NCBI GenBank assembly: GCA_013115145.1
Contig: JAAPAO010000111.1
Location: 10,341 to 74,340 of the forward strand
Direction: 5' to 3'
DNA from: Perkinsus chesapeaki ATCC PRA-425
Taxonomy: Eukaryota > Protista > Perkinsozoa
Length of the DNA stretch: 64,000 nucleotides
The notes below the pieces were generated by a model that saw only the letters and a list, made by a program, of their open reading frames with translations, was not told where the DNA came from and made no database searches. Each line of letters opens with the position of its first letter. Positions within the stretch are counted from its first letter, which is position 1. The position numbers and the translations under genes are program-made. Below, piece by piece: positions 21,250-35,000 of the stretch.

Positions 21250-24200
21250 AAAAGATACAAGAACTACAGCATGGCTTCTTCCCGACGGTAATGTTTCCGA
21301 CACACGCACTGTTATTTCCGAGGTACCGCAAGCAGATATCCGGGGCCTCACTAATGTAGCGCCAAACGCAGTTATATCGCCTTTACTGCCACATACGACA
21401 CCGAGGCACACCGGGCCCTCCTGTTAGGAGGGCACCAATGAGATCGAATAATACGGTATAGGAGTCACAGAAATGTGGTCATCGGGCGACAGCAAGTCTT
21501 ACTAATGCCGATATTTCGTTCGGAAATTGCTTCTAGACCAGAAAGTGACTTGACGTGCGTTCCCCCTGGAATGCTCCTACTTCCAGACTGGCAGCACCGG
21601 AGATGCCCTTAGCCACAGCTATAAGACTCTCCTCATCCCCAACATTAATATGGATCTTACTAATATTAACCAGCTGCCCCAATACCTAGGACAAAGCATG
21701 ATATAGATGATAGGCACTAGAAAGGACCTGTTGGATGATGAATGGTGAAGCCACCGAAGGGCTACCAATGCCAGATACCTCCTCAATGGCTGGGCACCCT
21801 CTGAGCTGGTCCAGCAAACGGCTACATGAAGAGACTCCAATCCACTATAAGGGTCCTAATGATGACCTACTCCGTCCACGGACTGATCTCCAAGCACTTG
21901 AGCCTCGGCAGCGAGCATGACCCTAAGAGCTCCGCTAGAGCATCGACACCCTCTGCTGTGGTGATATTATGCACCTTTACCTCCTCCAAGAGGGGCCCTA
22001 CTCATTAAAGCAGCCTAATACCCTCATGCTGCTTGCCCATCCTACCTGTGCTAGGCTTCACCAACGCCTTCACCAACTCCAGCGCTGCACCCTCAGGTCT
22101 GAGACCAAGCTCAATGTGAGTGAGCTTCGGCGCATCGACGACTCCTCCGAGAGGCAACAAGGAGCATCCTCGGACGACGGTTACCTGCGACAATTCTTTA
22201 TAGTGCGTAAGATAGAAGATATCAGTGGTGGCCCGAAAGTGATGTAGTTGGGCAATCCACAACATTGACCACTATAATAGACCACCGAGCAGTACCGAGG
22301 TAGCTTTCTATCAGATTCGAAATAAGTTGCATAATAACCAGCTCACCCTATTGAGCGTCAATCGCTTCAAGTTGTCCAGCCTCATCGGCAGCCGTACTGC
22401 CCTCTGTGGGTCAAGTATAAGCCCGTCGACTTCAAGCTTCCGTACTGCCGTCATTGCCTACCACAACGCCTGCTCCTCCCCCCTACCTCCCTCCTTACCT
22501 TCGTATTCTCCATGGCCAGCGCTATCGGGAGTGGATCCTGGCAAACATCCGCACACTTTGCGAACCGTATAGTGCCGATATCTTCCCCCAGGCCCTCCGC
22601 TATAGCGCCTATCCGAGCCATCACCTTCTTAGCCCTGCACCAACAACTCCCCGCAGAGCACCGAGTGGCCATACCGTGAATCATGGTGACCGCTACGGAT
22701 GAGAGCGGTAAAATCAATATCGAGGGTGGACAGGCGCCCTTTGATCCATCTTTCGAGTAGATACCCAGACCCATACTTAGGCGGATTGTGCCTCAATAAG
22801 TGTTGCACTGCCCTCAGCGACGCACGCGGTAGATCTGGGCTCACGCGCAACTATCAGCAGCATTCGCAATGGCCGACCATGGGCAACCTACCCCTCCTGT
22901 AGCGTACTGGTGGCGGACTGCATTACGATGGAACTTGCTGGTTTGACCAAAGCTGGCCGCATCCAGCGGGTCCATAAACCGCACAACTCGAATAAGGGGC
23001 CCGATAGGCAGGATGGCATCTTTGTCATCCAGTTGGCCTTCCCGATAGGATACTAAATGACATTCCAAGCTTTCCTACCTGAAGCGAGCTCTGATAGTGG
23101 CACGCCTCCCTCCTTAGCTGCATCAATAACGAAGTGAGGGTCTAATTGCCCTTTGGCGAGAAGCACCTCCAACGAGGCTAATATGGACGATCGTACCTGG
23201 CGGAGGGTGGTAAGGCGCAGGTTCGATCCCTGGGTCAGGCATTATTACTGTTCCTATACTAAGGAGCTGTACAATAAGCTTGTCCAAATAGCGGCTGAGG
23301 ACATCCCCAGCGAACCTACGTATACCTGATCGAGCTCTATATCATACACTCGCCGCTGGTATCACTATCGACACCATCGATCGGGCGTGCGCTCTCTACA
23401 CTAAAAGCTCTTCCCTTCCTGCTGTAGTTGGTCCGAAAGCAACCCTAGGCTAGATTATCCTCCCAACAATGTGCTCAAGGAGCGCACGCAATACAGCTAG
23501 ATTAGTAGGGGCCCTATCACCACAGTAAGGAGCGATTTCAGACGATGAAATGGCCCTCCCTCCTCCTGGTACCACTTATGGCTACGCTAATAGTAGGCCT
23601 TTCATTTCAGCAACGTAACGACTGATGGCACGAGGAATGATAAAATTTCGCCAGACAGGCACCATCACACTACTGCAACGTGAGTTATGATATCCTCAAT
23701 TACGAATGTTCTATCACAGAGGTAGGGTAGATCTCATAACAACACCACTTGCAGAGAACTGAGCTCATATCAATCGATACGGGAACAGCAACCTCTGCTG
23801 ACTCGCATACTAAAACCTTAGGGTTCATAATGTCTGCCGCCCTGCAGCAAAATAAGAGTTGGTAGAATAACTACCAAGTGTATATAGACCAAGCAGGAGA
23901 TATCCCTCAACAGCTTGGCCCCTACAGGAAGAGGAGGAACACCTTTGTGGGAAATACACTGTAATTTCCTTGTATACAATTATTCCACTATTAACCTTGC
24001 CCCCCTCCCCCCTCCCCCCTCCCCTGCCTATTACCTTCCTTATTACCATCCCCTCCTCCTCCACCTTCATTGTCACCAGAGGATAGTCCTGATGTAGAGG
24101 CAGCCGAACCGAAACCTCCAGCGGTAGCGTTATGACAAGAGCAGCACGTTTCCATGTCACCACCAATATCACATAGAGCCTACCAAAAAAGTCACGCGCC
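21250..24200 (-). CDS. Probable F-box/LRR-like multi-exon hypothetical gene (possibly two genes)
   Basis: Exonic segments LPIGPLIRVVRFMDPLDAASFGQTSKFHRNAV (F-box-like), VRKLEVDGLILDPQRAVRLPMRLDNLKRLTLNR and VDAPKLTHIELGLRP (LRR-like) are bounded by GT/AG sites. Full splicing was not resolved. Confidence 0.45.
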
Positions 24201-24336
24201 ACAAAATCCCTCCTAATTAAATTGACTAGAAGCCTTAGTGACTAGAAACGCACTATGAACTGGTCCGTCACAATATTAAGTTTGTTACATATAGTAGCAG
24301 TGTGAATAGCTATAATTCTCATACCGCTCCTTCCTC

Positions 24337-26250
24337 TCATCGTGGCCTGTGCGCCGGTGATGATGATGCTCCATGCCCTGCATTGGCGTCTCGGAGCCTA
24401 TTTATGAATGATCTCTTTCCCGCGCTGTTTTGCCTCCTGCTGTGATGGCCTCCACTTGCTGCCGAGTTGCTCGATCCACTGTCTTTAACCATCGGTGTGG
24501 ATTCTGTGGTCGCCACTGAATTCTCGCGCTGGTAACGAAGCTGTTCGCTGTAGCCCTGAAGAGAACATTTCGCTATCGAACGACCCGGGTTCAAACCACG
24601 CCATAGCCCAACAACAAAACTTCACGAAGTTCCAGACCATCCCTGTCCGTCGAGGAGGCCCCTCCGTACAGAGGACCATCCGTCGCAGAGACTCCCGAGC
24701 CTTAACCAGTCTTCAACTCCTCTCACCTCTGGTGAGATCATAGCACCTCACCTGCTTATAACTCTCCTCATAGCTCGGCACCGATGGCTTCCTGTACTGC
24801 TTCTTTCCCTCAGCTCCTCGAGATCTGTTTCTCCTTGCCGGTGACCTGCGTCTGACGCTTGTCACTGTTGCTGGAGGGGATGCTGCCGTGCGATCTAACG
24901 TAGCTATCCATATCACCACCCTTCCCCCTTTATTACCACTAGTCACCCTGGCCCCCGCGGCGGCATAAATAGGCAGTCTAGGTTGAACACCAGCCACCGC
25001 CGTCTGCTGCTGCTGCTGAGGTGATGCCGTCTCGAGGCGCTCTTCCGCCCACTCCTCAGTGAGATAGCGCCACAGTGAGAGCCCTCTGGCCTCCCCTGCC
25101 ATATCCACTGCCATCTCCCACCCGAGTATCCTTTCATCTGGCCCGTAGTCTCCTTCAGAATCTGACTTCGGTGCCGCCGAGGCTACCTCTACATCGGGCG
25201 TGGCACCAGAATGATAGTTAGCAGAGCAACCGTCGATCAACCTCAACAGCTGCCAGAAGGTCAATCCAGTTGTTTCGTTCAGCTTCATCGAGTGCTTAAT
25301 AGAAAGCTGCATGTCCCTTAAGGACGAATTCACTTTCACCGCTAAATTGTTAATGCACAATCGGGACCTATTGGCCTCCTCTTCGACGCGGCCATAGGCT
25401 CTGGCCAAAGAGCAGCCAGCAGAGACGCATACCACACCGTCCACGAAGACCTGTATGGTCACTACAATACCATTGAGGATGCTAGATTGGGCTGATATAT
25501 AGTGACTTGATAGTAGTGCCAATACTGTGGTGAAGAGAGCAATAATGAGGCAGGCTAAAAGGGGCGTCCATGCCTCCACAACAACACTGTGGAAGACTCT
25601 TCCCAAGGAGGCTTCGTGGATGTATTGAAGATCGTAAATGAAGCGGCAAAAGGTGATGAGAGAGAGCAAGCTCAATAGTATGCCGGCTTGAGGTAGGCCA
25701 ATGAAGCCTATTATCGCGTACAGGAGGACAAGACCGGTGCAAGAAAGCTGAAATACAACCTCCGGTGATTTGAAGGACCACTCACGGAGGACTATACTAG
25801 TGGCCCTATGCATTGTCTGGCTTTGGAGCTTGCGAAGCTGTACACCTCTATAACGTAGACACCAAAGTAGATGGTATCTGAGATAGTGTAAAGGGAGGAG
25901 GGGGAAAGGGACTTACAATGGTCCGAGGATGAGCAAGAGAGCAGGACCAACCCATCGCTCGGTGGTACCAGGATAACAGACTAAAAGCTGGACTACAAGA
26001 TATGCCAGGGTTAAGGTCGAATTCAGGATGCCAAGCAGTGTACTGTACTCCATAGCTAGGCCTTCTCTCACCAATCCGACCTGATATGAATCTTTATTGA
26101 ATTCAAGGTAGAGTATCTTACAGCTATACTGTCCTTATCTATTGATGAGGTGCTCTTATCAGATACAGTGGCCTCCCCTACAGAGCCCCCTTCATGCTGC
26201 CTCATAGAGCGAAGGTGATCCCCTCCAGCTAAAGTCACGTAGCCAGACAT
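24337..26250 (-). CDS. Multi-pass membrane protein of unknown function
   Basis: A 366-aa exon (24713-25813) has about 4 hydrophobic segments followed by a charged/low-complexity tail. Upstream exons MSGYVTLAGGD... and LLVCYPGTTERWVGPALLLILGPL have GTAAG donors; a downstream exon ends at 24337. Confidence 0.7.
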
Positions 26251-26621
26251 ATCTATATCCAACACTAATATCCATCCTCAAAGTTTTTAAACCCTCCTTC
26301 AACCTAAGATACTCATGAGGGGGCCATTAGCCTAGGCTGATGATGCCTTCATAGGGCGGCTTTATAGCTCATCTCTATTATCCCACATCAACTTTGACAA
26401 AGCTCAATCCCCCGACGGATGCCCTTTATTAAACAGCTGAGCCCTGTTAAGTAGGGCCCAACCCCGAGGACCCCCATCAGTTTATATTGAGTAGATATTT
26501 CAATTTAATAATTTAATACCCACCATTAGCCCAACGACAGTGCCCTCCGTGATAGTTTCGTGGCGCGTGACTGTATTTTTTGTTTTTGCGCCGTTGTTGT
26601 TGGTTGTTGTTTTTATTATCA

Positions 26622-28462
26622 ATGGCACCCTATTGGCTTTCAGAAGGGGTTAATTCCCTATCCTCTACAACTGGCTTAAATGAAGTCCAATCCTATTGGA
26701 CCATTATAATAGCGAGCGCGTTACTGTTGGCCGGGCTGTTATTTGGTAATAGGGGAATCTTTTGAGGACGTTGCAAACCTTCGTGAACATCTTGGAACCT
26801 TTCTAACTCCACACATATCATTCTTGGGGCGAGGTAGGATATCACCGATAATAATGGCTCGGAAATCCTAAGGATGTCACCAGTGTGCGGATAGGGCTCT
26901 TCCGCAGGGTGTCCTTTACAGCCTCCATCAGCCCACTGTATCGGACATTCGGACAGCAGTCTCTCTGTTTCACTGAAGCCTATCTTCAAAGGTCAGTGGC
27001 CCAATCATTGGCTCCTGGCATTTCGGTGAATATGGTCAAAGTGCTTGTAGCCGAGCTCCTATGCATACTTGTCACCAAATAAGCTTATACATAATGAAAG
27101 TTTGCCCATTTTATATCTCCAGTCTTTAGATCATATAATAGAAAATAATGCTTATGAATAGTACACAAATTGAGCTCTGATCGTGTCCATGTAGCCCAGT
27201 GCCTCTTTCTTCTTCCCTCCACTCAGCAAGCCTATATCTCCTTGGTTTCTGGTCGGCAAATGAAGGTGTTGGCTCCGGTAAGAGAGGAAAGCTAGTGATG
27301 CTAGCAGGCCCTTGTGGCGGTGGAAAAACTGCTATCTTTTCCTGGTGGAAGGTAACCCCCGCGCTCCGAGCTCAACCACTGACCTGCTTTAGTCCCGCAA
27401 GCACCCGGAAACAGTGTCATCGATGAGACCTAACAGGGAGGTCCTGACCTTACCCACAGGGAAGTGTTTAGAGGTCTGTCGGCATTAAGGGAAGTCGTTG
27501 AAGCAGCTTTTTCAAGGTAGTGGACTTCCCCGGCCATAGGAGGCTGAAATTCGAGGGCTATGAGCTGCTGAGGAACACCGCGTGCATATGCTATGTTATG
27601 GACTCCACTGACCGAACGATGGTCAAGGAGGCGGCAGAGTAGAGCCAGATTTAACTGGGAGAGCTCCTTTACTAATGCTTACTTCAGGAGCTTATATGAT
27701 CTATTTACGAACCAGTTGTTCTTGAAGTATCTTCCTCCAGTACTGCTGGTAGGCCTGGAGGAGGGGATGGTGGCTTCATAGTGGAGCTGCTGCGCAGGTG
27801 CTTAATAAACAGGATTTGCCTACTAGGCGAACCACAAGACGAATTATTGGCGACCTAAATAAGGAAATGTAATGTTGTGATATGGAAGTGCCTGAATCAG
27901 TGTCCTTAGTGAGCAATTGCGGACATCTCGAGGACAAGTTTTGGAGGGAGAAAATGAAGCTGATAATTCACTTGGAGTCGAGGGGGAGGCATTTGAGTAC
28001 TAGGGATGGGATGTCTGGGTTCATGGGCTATCGCTGGAGTTCTGAAGACCGCTTTGGTCCGATATTCCTACCCGGTCGACTATTTTTAATGCTGTGAGGT
28101 GCAGCGCCTGAAGCCTTTCGGGGCTTCCTCGGGACTAGACCGGTGTGACTGGGTGAATCACATCGTTAATCCAGTTACATTTCATATTTAACATTCCAGC
28201 TTTACCCGGTGAAATGATACTTTCGAGCCCTAAACTAAAAGCCAACTTTAAGGGATATATTATTTTTAACTCGATTCCCATCCCGAGTGTGTCTACTTGT
28301 AACACTCCCTTCTATTATAACTGCCCTTTCAGTATCGAGAAGCATGCCCCTGTACCAGTTCAAGTGGCAGAGTATAGCGCTTTAACAGTGGGCAAGGGTG
28401 CCGCAGAGGACAGTGATGTTGTTGATGTAGTGGCAGATTGGGTCACGGCAGTTACTCAGTGA
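26622..28462 (+). CDS. SRPRB: Signal recognition particle receptor beta subunit
   Basis: N-terminal TM (WTIIIASALLLAGLLF|ASLYLL), P-loop GPCGGGKT, DFPGHRRL, DSTDRTMVKEAAESLYDLFTN, DLNKEIEHLRTSRG and GEAFD|IEKHAPVPVQ; stop TGA at 28460-28462. Confidence 0.92.
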
Positions 28463-28825
28463 ATGCTGCAGCTCTTATACACCTCGTTAAGTTTCATACC
28501 ACACTTTGTTGCATTTAGCAAGGGAAATCTGGCTGTATTGTTTTGTTGGGCAGCGATACAGCATGTATAGTATTTCTAAAGTTCTGTGAGTTATTTGGTA
28601 AATCCTGTGCCCCTTGAGATACGTATTAATAATAATAGTACAACACTTAAGGAGCACACTTTCGGAGCTAACCGATCCTATTGCTTCAAGTGTTCGCATT
28701 TGGTACAAGTGCTACTGCTAGTAGTAGCAGTACCAGTGTATTATCCTGTCCTCCTCTATGCTAGGATGATCTAGCCGTCTCTGTCTGGAGAGACTAGTAA
28801 TTTTGTTGTTAGTAGTTTTTCTGCA

Positions 28826-31740
28826 ATGATACCGGGCATCCCTCCCCCTCTACCACCTAAGGCACCAGCAGCAGGTTGTATCTGCACACAGGGCCCCGGT
28901 AGCAATACCCTAATTTTTCAGGCACATTTATTGGCGGTGCGGTTCTGCCTCCTCCGGCGCCCCCGATTCCGATGCCACCGCCGCTGACAGGTAGTAGACA
29001 GCATTAGCGGTTGCCTAGGGAACGAAAATTTAACAACATACTGGTATCGGTTTCCGACCACCGAGGAGCGCCCTCCTTATCTGGTTGAGGTAGGGGGAGA
29101 GATGTAAATTATCAGGCACACCGGGAGCGTTGCTGATGCCTCCTGCGCCAATGGGAGTGGCACCACCAATTCCGACAGGACTCGGAGCTCCTATAGCAGC
29201 TCAACAGCAGCCTTTGGTGACACCAGCGCAAATGGGGTGGTGTGAGGTAGTAGGGAAGTGGCTACGTTGAGATAGAGGAAGGTTACTGGAGTTTACGGGA
29301 AGATTTCCCGGGGAAATTATGGAGGAACAGGGGAAATTGTGGACATTTATCGGAATTTACGGAAATTTAGAGGAATTTACAGAAATTCCCAGAAATTTAC
29401 GGGAAATTATTGAAATTTACTAGAAATTATAAAAAAAAATAGGGAAGTTTACGGGAAATTCATGGTACATGGAAATTAATGGGAATACTTTCTTGTAGCG
29501 TTGCGAGAATCAAAAGTCCCCGGCGGGCTCTGAGATGAAACGGTTGATCGATTTTATTGCAAAACTTGGTAGCACCCTGCCGTAATGGAACCCTCAACGA
29601 TCGGTGTGGAAGTTAATTCCGTTGAGTTGTGGAGGGATGGGTAGGGAGTATCTTCAGGTTCAAACGTCAGATGGGAGAGTTTACTACTTCCATCCCACCA
29701 CAAAGGAGTCCACTTGGGACAAGCCTAGGGAGCTGCAGAGTGAGCTGGAAAAGGCGAACAACACTGAATGGAAAGTAGTAGTGTTGACGCATGCCTGAGG
29801 GGGAAACTGGTGGGCAGGAGTATCACATATGGGACGGTCGGTCATACTTCTACAATACGAAGATGCACGTATCGTGCTGGGAAGTGCCACCGGAGGTCCG
29901 CAAGGCTCGGGGGCATCTTCAAGGTAGAACGGTCTTCTGGTTCGGTGTGTTGGGAGGAATTGTTAGGGGGAGACTATGGATCAGATGCCAGTATGACGGA
30001 TGCTGGCAGCACAGTGGAGGAAATTGGAGGAGAGAAAGAAGGGCAGCAAAAGGCTAATAAAACGGGAAGCGAAAAGCGGGCCGATTTTCGCGAGATGTTA
30101 TCGGACAACGGAGTGGACAGTTCATGGAAATGGAGCCAAGTGGCTGATCTATCCAAGAGAGATATGCGGTAAGGTCATCGTCAGGGGTGGAGCTTAGGGT
30201 TATTATTGTGCTTGTTCTACTTGGAATCGTCTACATGTGGAGAGCAGATTTTGTTTGACTCTATTAGCGTCCTCCTTTGGGTGGTCAGTACGGTTGTGGT
30301 GTTTATAACGGTTGAACGTCCTGTGAAGTTCAGCTCTGACAGAAGCAGTCGCGGGCGACCAATTTGTGAGGTTGAGTGTGCCTAAAGGACTGAGTGGACT
30401 ACAAACCCTCTTCGATAGGGAATTTCGGAATCTACTCAAATTTCTGTTTTTTTAAATTAAAGTCAAGTGAGGTTCATTTTAAGGTATCATGCATTACCAA
30501 CGATGGGGGAGAAGAAACAGGTGTTTGCTGAATACATACTGCACGGTCAGAGGATGGTGGAACAAAGGAAGGTGAGAGTACAATATGGGATAGCTGAGGG
30601 AATCTTTGGGGATGATCATTAATATCGAACAGAGAAAAATGTTCACAAGGCCCCTCCAGATGTTGGCATTTCTCGGCAGGATTACTGTTCTCGATTTAAT
30701 ATGAATTTTGGCTCTATGTAGTGTGGTGTTGGACGGTTCATACTTGAGCATCGTTGACGGAGGAGGGTCACATACTCTTCCAAGCTGAGTGTCCTAGGGT
30801 TTGATGTCATTCCTTATTACTTCAGCGGGACGATAAACGGTCGATGATGTACGATATGGTTAAGGCATTGCAGGGATGGAATGGCATGTCAGAAGATACC
30901 AAGTAGGACGGGGCATAGCATCGGTAGTGATGGGTCATACAGGTACGATCAGTTGGCTGCGGATAGTTCTATGAGCGGACAGGAGTGGTGGGGGAAACTA
31001 ACAGAGAGGGAAAGGATGACCTTATTTGAGGCGTTTGCGGATGACTACTGTATGGACTAAGCTATAGTGTGGTTTGGAGGGAATGGTCAGGTGATATACA
31101 AAAGAAGAATAGACAGGCAAGAGATGAGAGGAATATGCAGCAACTTAAAAAGGCGCTGAAGGAAAGCTCGGCAGTTAGTTACGATATGAGGTGGGACAGC
31201 TAGAGGTGTCAGAAAACATGCTATGGCTGGTCTTAGTATGGCCGACCTTGCGGCGTTGAAGCAGATCTCTTGTCTGGAATGTTGGCAGCAATTGCAACCT
31301 AATCAGCGAATTACTGTGTGGCGGACATGTATAGCTGCGGAGACGAGGCGATTGAAGAATATGATCGAAACTGGTAGGCATCACATACTTGCCACGACGA
31401 ACTATTGAGGGAACTTTCTGGTCAAAAATAAGTGTACAGTCTGAAGAGTTTAGCATGGCCTTGAAATGGGCTGTTTGTCGAAGTGGAAGAACTGGATGAA
31501 TCGTCTTTACCGAGTGGTGTCCTGCCTCCTTGAGAATAGCTTTCCATTTGTCCAAGCTTTCCCATTTCACTCGTTATACCTTACTGATCAGGTAATACTA
31601 CCTATTCACATAAAGATCGCAAGATGAGGAAGGAGCGAGAGGCAGCAAGTTACATTACGGGCCCGGCGGCACCAGCAGCAGCAGCAGAGCCGAAGGTGAA
31701 GGAAGCCACTCGGAGAGTTGGCGAGAAGGCTAAACGATGA
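28826..31740 (+). CDS. PRPF40A: PRP40-like splicing factor (Pro-rich, two WW domains, FF domains); 3' end tentative
   Basis: Pro-rich N-terminus. WW1 QTSDGRVYYFHPTTKESTWDKP, WW2 WDGRSYFYNTKMHVSCWEVPP. FF repeats KRADFREMLSDNGVDSSWKWSQV and WWGKLTERERMTLFEAF. Confidence 0.88.
29285..29485. repeat. Degenerate GGAAATTTAC-type low-complexity repeat in a PRP40 intron
   Basis: Recurring ggaaattt(a/c)c(g/a)g units, e.g. ggaatttacggaaatttagaggaatttacagaaattcccagaaatttacgggaaatt. Confidence 0.7.
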
Positions 31741-32009
31741 CTCAGATTGTACACTTGCCGCCGTCATACGTTTCAAAATACGCCACAAGGGGCTTGCGTT
31801 ACCCAGTATGGGAAAACATAACCTAACCGTAACCGAGCTCACCGGAAGGATCTCATAGAGGGAAGAAGTTGTGATTGTACAGAGGTGCACGGGAAAATGT
31901 GCAAACCCGAATGTTGAAACGTGAACCAGTTTGTGAATAGATGAAGATGGCATGGATATAGAGCAGGAATGCCGAATTGAGGACACTTGTGAAAGCTGCT
32001 GTTGACTTG

Positions 32010-35000
32010 ATGGCTGGGCTGCCCGTTGGAATAGCCTCCTCCACAGTCTACCGTGAACCGGAATGGTCAGGCCCAGCCAAGTTGCCAATCTATCTCGAGC
32101 TCATAGTCAACGGCCAGGTAGCGGTGGCGTGTAGGTGATGTTTAATGTTGGATATGCTTAGGTGATACGAGAAATAGACATTCGAGATGACAGGAAGACC
32201 TATTTCCTTTTTGGCCGAGACCCTGCAGTATGTGATATACCTCTGCACAAGTACGAGCCGCGGAGCTCTCGGCATCATGCAGTCCTCCAATTCAAGAAGG
32301 CAGTCATCGCTGGATCTGCTCGCTCGTTTCATTATTGGTATCTTCAGGATTCCAAGTGTTTTTACCTTTACGATTTGAACTCGACGCATGGGACTGTGGT
32401 GGATGGCAAACGGATACCGCCAGCGGAGGTGGGCTATCCTAACGTGTCAGACTGAAAGTGAACGAATAACCGGACGAGCTATCCGAGACGGTTATTCCGA
32501 ACGCTTAGGGACTCTTTCGCGGAAGGCATTGTACTCTAACATCTTACACTATATCCCTCATCGGCCCTGTCATATACTATCATCATTGTACATATCAGGA
32601 CATTTCCACCGCCGCGTTAGGCTTCCTCGGTCTAAAGCTACCGCCTTTCCGTATAATTCATTGGTCTTCCTCTTTAGTACGTGGAGGTCCATGTTGGTGA
32701 TCAAGTCCAATTCAGCAGTGTGTCGCCGAAGCTAACTCTGGTCATTCAGGGGCCAGAAGAGCTCCAGCCTGAAGAAACAGAGGCAGGCATTCGACTTGGA
32801 ACGATAATCTTACATCACCTTTGCAGGTCGATCTCACCGCCTTCCGACAAGAGGCCCAAGCGGAACGAGAAGTCGAGAAGCAGCGGCATGAACGAGACCG
32901 GGATCGGCGGAGGGTAGGTTAAGAATTATCATGGACTTAAGCACCTATTTAGGCCATGCGAAGACAAGAGAGAGATGACCGCCGCGCTGAGAAGGTGCAG
33001 CAGCAGTTCTTGCGTGATGTTTTTTCAACGGATTAGTTTCCAGATTGCCGCAGTTGTTGGAGCATCATCCAGTACAGCATCCCGAGCTGGTCGGGTGTCC
33101 ACTGAAGGGGTATTTCGTGGCGTGCGGGAAGATGACGGACTGGAGGAAGCTATGGTAGGGTTTCTCAATGTTGATGCTTTATTATTAATTCTTAGATGGA
33201 GGCGGAGGCACAGGACGAGCTGAGTCGAGGTAAGATACGCGGGCGCGGCATGAAGCGGCACTAGAACTTCGTCAGAGCTCGACGTTTTCGATGAGACTGG
33301 TCTACAGTTAGACACTCGGAAGCTGGAGCAGCTGGACCTCACCGATAAGCAGCGGCAGCTGTTACTGAAGATCGCTGATGTGAGCATTCGCTGCCATCAG
33401 GAGGATCTAACCCCTCTCAGAAACGGCGCAAGCTCGAGCACAGCCGAGAGCTGCTCGAGACTGCGCAAGTGGAGGCTGGTGGAGGGCCAGGTGAGGGCTA
33501 CCGACAATAGGCAGCCGATTCAGCGCTCATTTTGCCCGAGGGGAAATTATGTGATCGGGGAAAGCCTATCTATTTTGAATGAACGAAGATATGGATGATT
33601 CGCTCGCTTCACCATTAAGAGCTTCTATCAGCTAGTACATCTTAGCCATCTTCACTGGTGTCATCAGGCATCCCGTCCTGGAGGAACACAGGAGCGTTCG
33701 AGGATGAAGTGGAGAGGATAAAGTCCACACATCAAAGGAAATTCCAAGGAGTGAGGGGAGAGCTGGTTAAAGGGAGGAATGGTGCCGGTAGGATGCCAAC
33801 AAGCTGAATAACAAAGTGAACCGAATGGAAACTGAACTGCAAACTATGACGGACAACCTCCTTTTATCACTGGGGATAAAGAACCCGATGAAAGACAGAA
33901 TGAAACGGGTAAGCCAGAGACCTCAACTTGGCTGGAGGACATGGGAAGCTTGCTCCAGGAAGAGCTGACGAAGATGTATGATACCGACGTGCTGGGTCTG
34001 GATGAGGATGACGACTACTACGATCAGGCTACAGCTGAGATGGAAAAGCGCGAGAAGGCGGGGGCTGCTCGACCTGGCGGTAAGTTGCTCTGGGTTGCCG
34101 AGGCTGCTAATGTGGATGTGATAGCCGCCGAGGAAGGGGAATTCGACGACTTGCCTGATGTTAGCAATGAGGCTGAAACAGCGAAGACTTTAACCGACAA
34201 GAAACAGGTGGGAGCGCCCGCTACGTGCTACTGGCTGTGAGAAAGCACTATCACTAACAGGTGCTCGTGTCCTTGTTGAGAGAGACTGTGTCGGTTGTTA
34301 AACAGAAGGAGGCACAAATTGTTATGAAGAAGGCCTCGGCTGCTCGGGTGGGTCATTCAGTTCAGCCTCGTTCATGTCTGAGAGAAATACGGCACGGTTT
34401 CTTGGAGGGTAAATTCATCAGCTGGGGGTCGAACCTCTGCTTGAATGAAAGCGCATGTCGGTCGGTGCAAGCTGGCGAGCGCCAAGTTGACCCTTGTGCG
34501 AGTGGCGTTGGGTGACCCAATGGGTGCTTCATTGAGGCAATTCTACGGTTACGATAATAACCTTGTGGCTGCTGATGAGCCATGAAGGCATCGCTGCGGT
34601 ATATTTTCTACCCTTGATGTTGGGGGACTAGAGGTGAGCTACCTTGACTGTGTGGCTAGCGCTCGGACAGCTTGCTCACACTAGTCAGACTCACCCTCTG
34701 GTCTGTATTGCCCATCTCGGCCCTCGGGCTTCGGGCCGCGGGTTCGAGATTGGTCGATACCTCTCCCATCCCCAGCGTCTATGGGATTTCTCTCATTGGT
34801 CTTTAGGCTGATTCTCTCGATGCGTACATGGTCGAAAATGAGGTCAAGTTGCTTGAAACAGACAAGGAGGCACTTGAGGAACGAGGACTGGCTATAAAGG
34901 AGCGGCTCGAACGTAGGAATTGGAATACTGGTAGGCTCGGACAAAAGGGTTCTGCCAAGGTGTAACGAAGCTCCTGAAGCTGGCTATGGCGGGCAGCGTT

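Noticed and set aside
23215-23240. tRNA gene (GGTTCGATCCC T-loop)
   Set aside because: No acceptor stem, D-arm or anticodon arm can be built.
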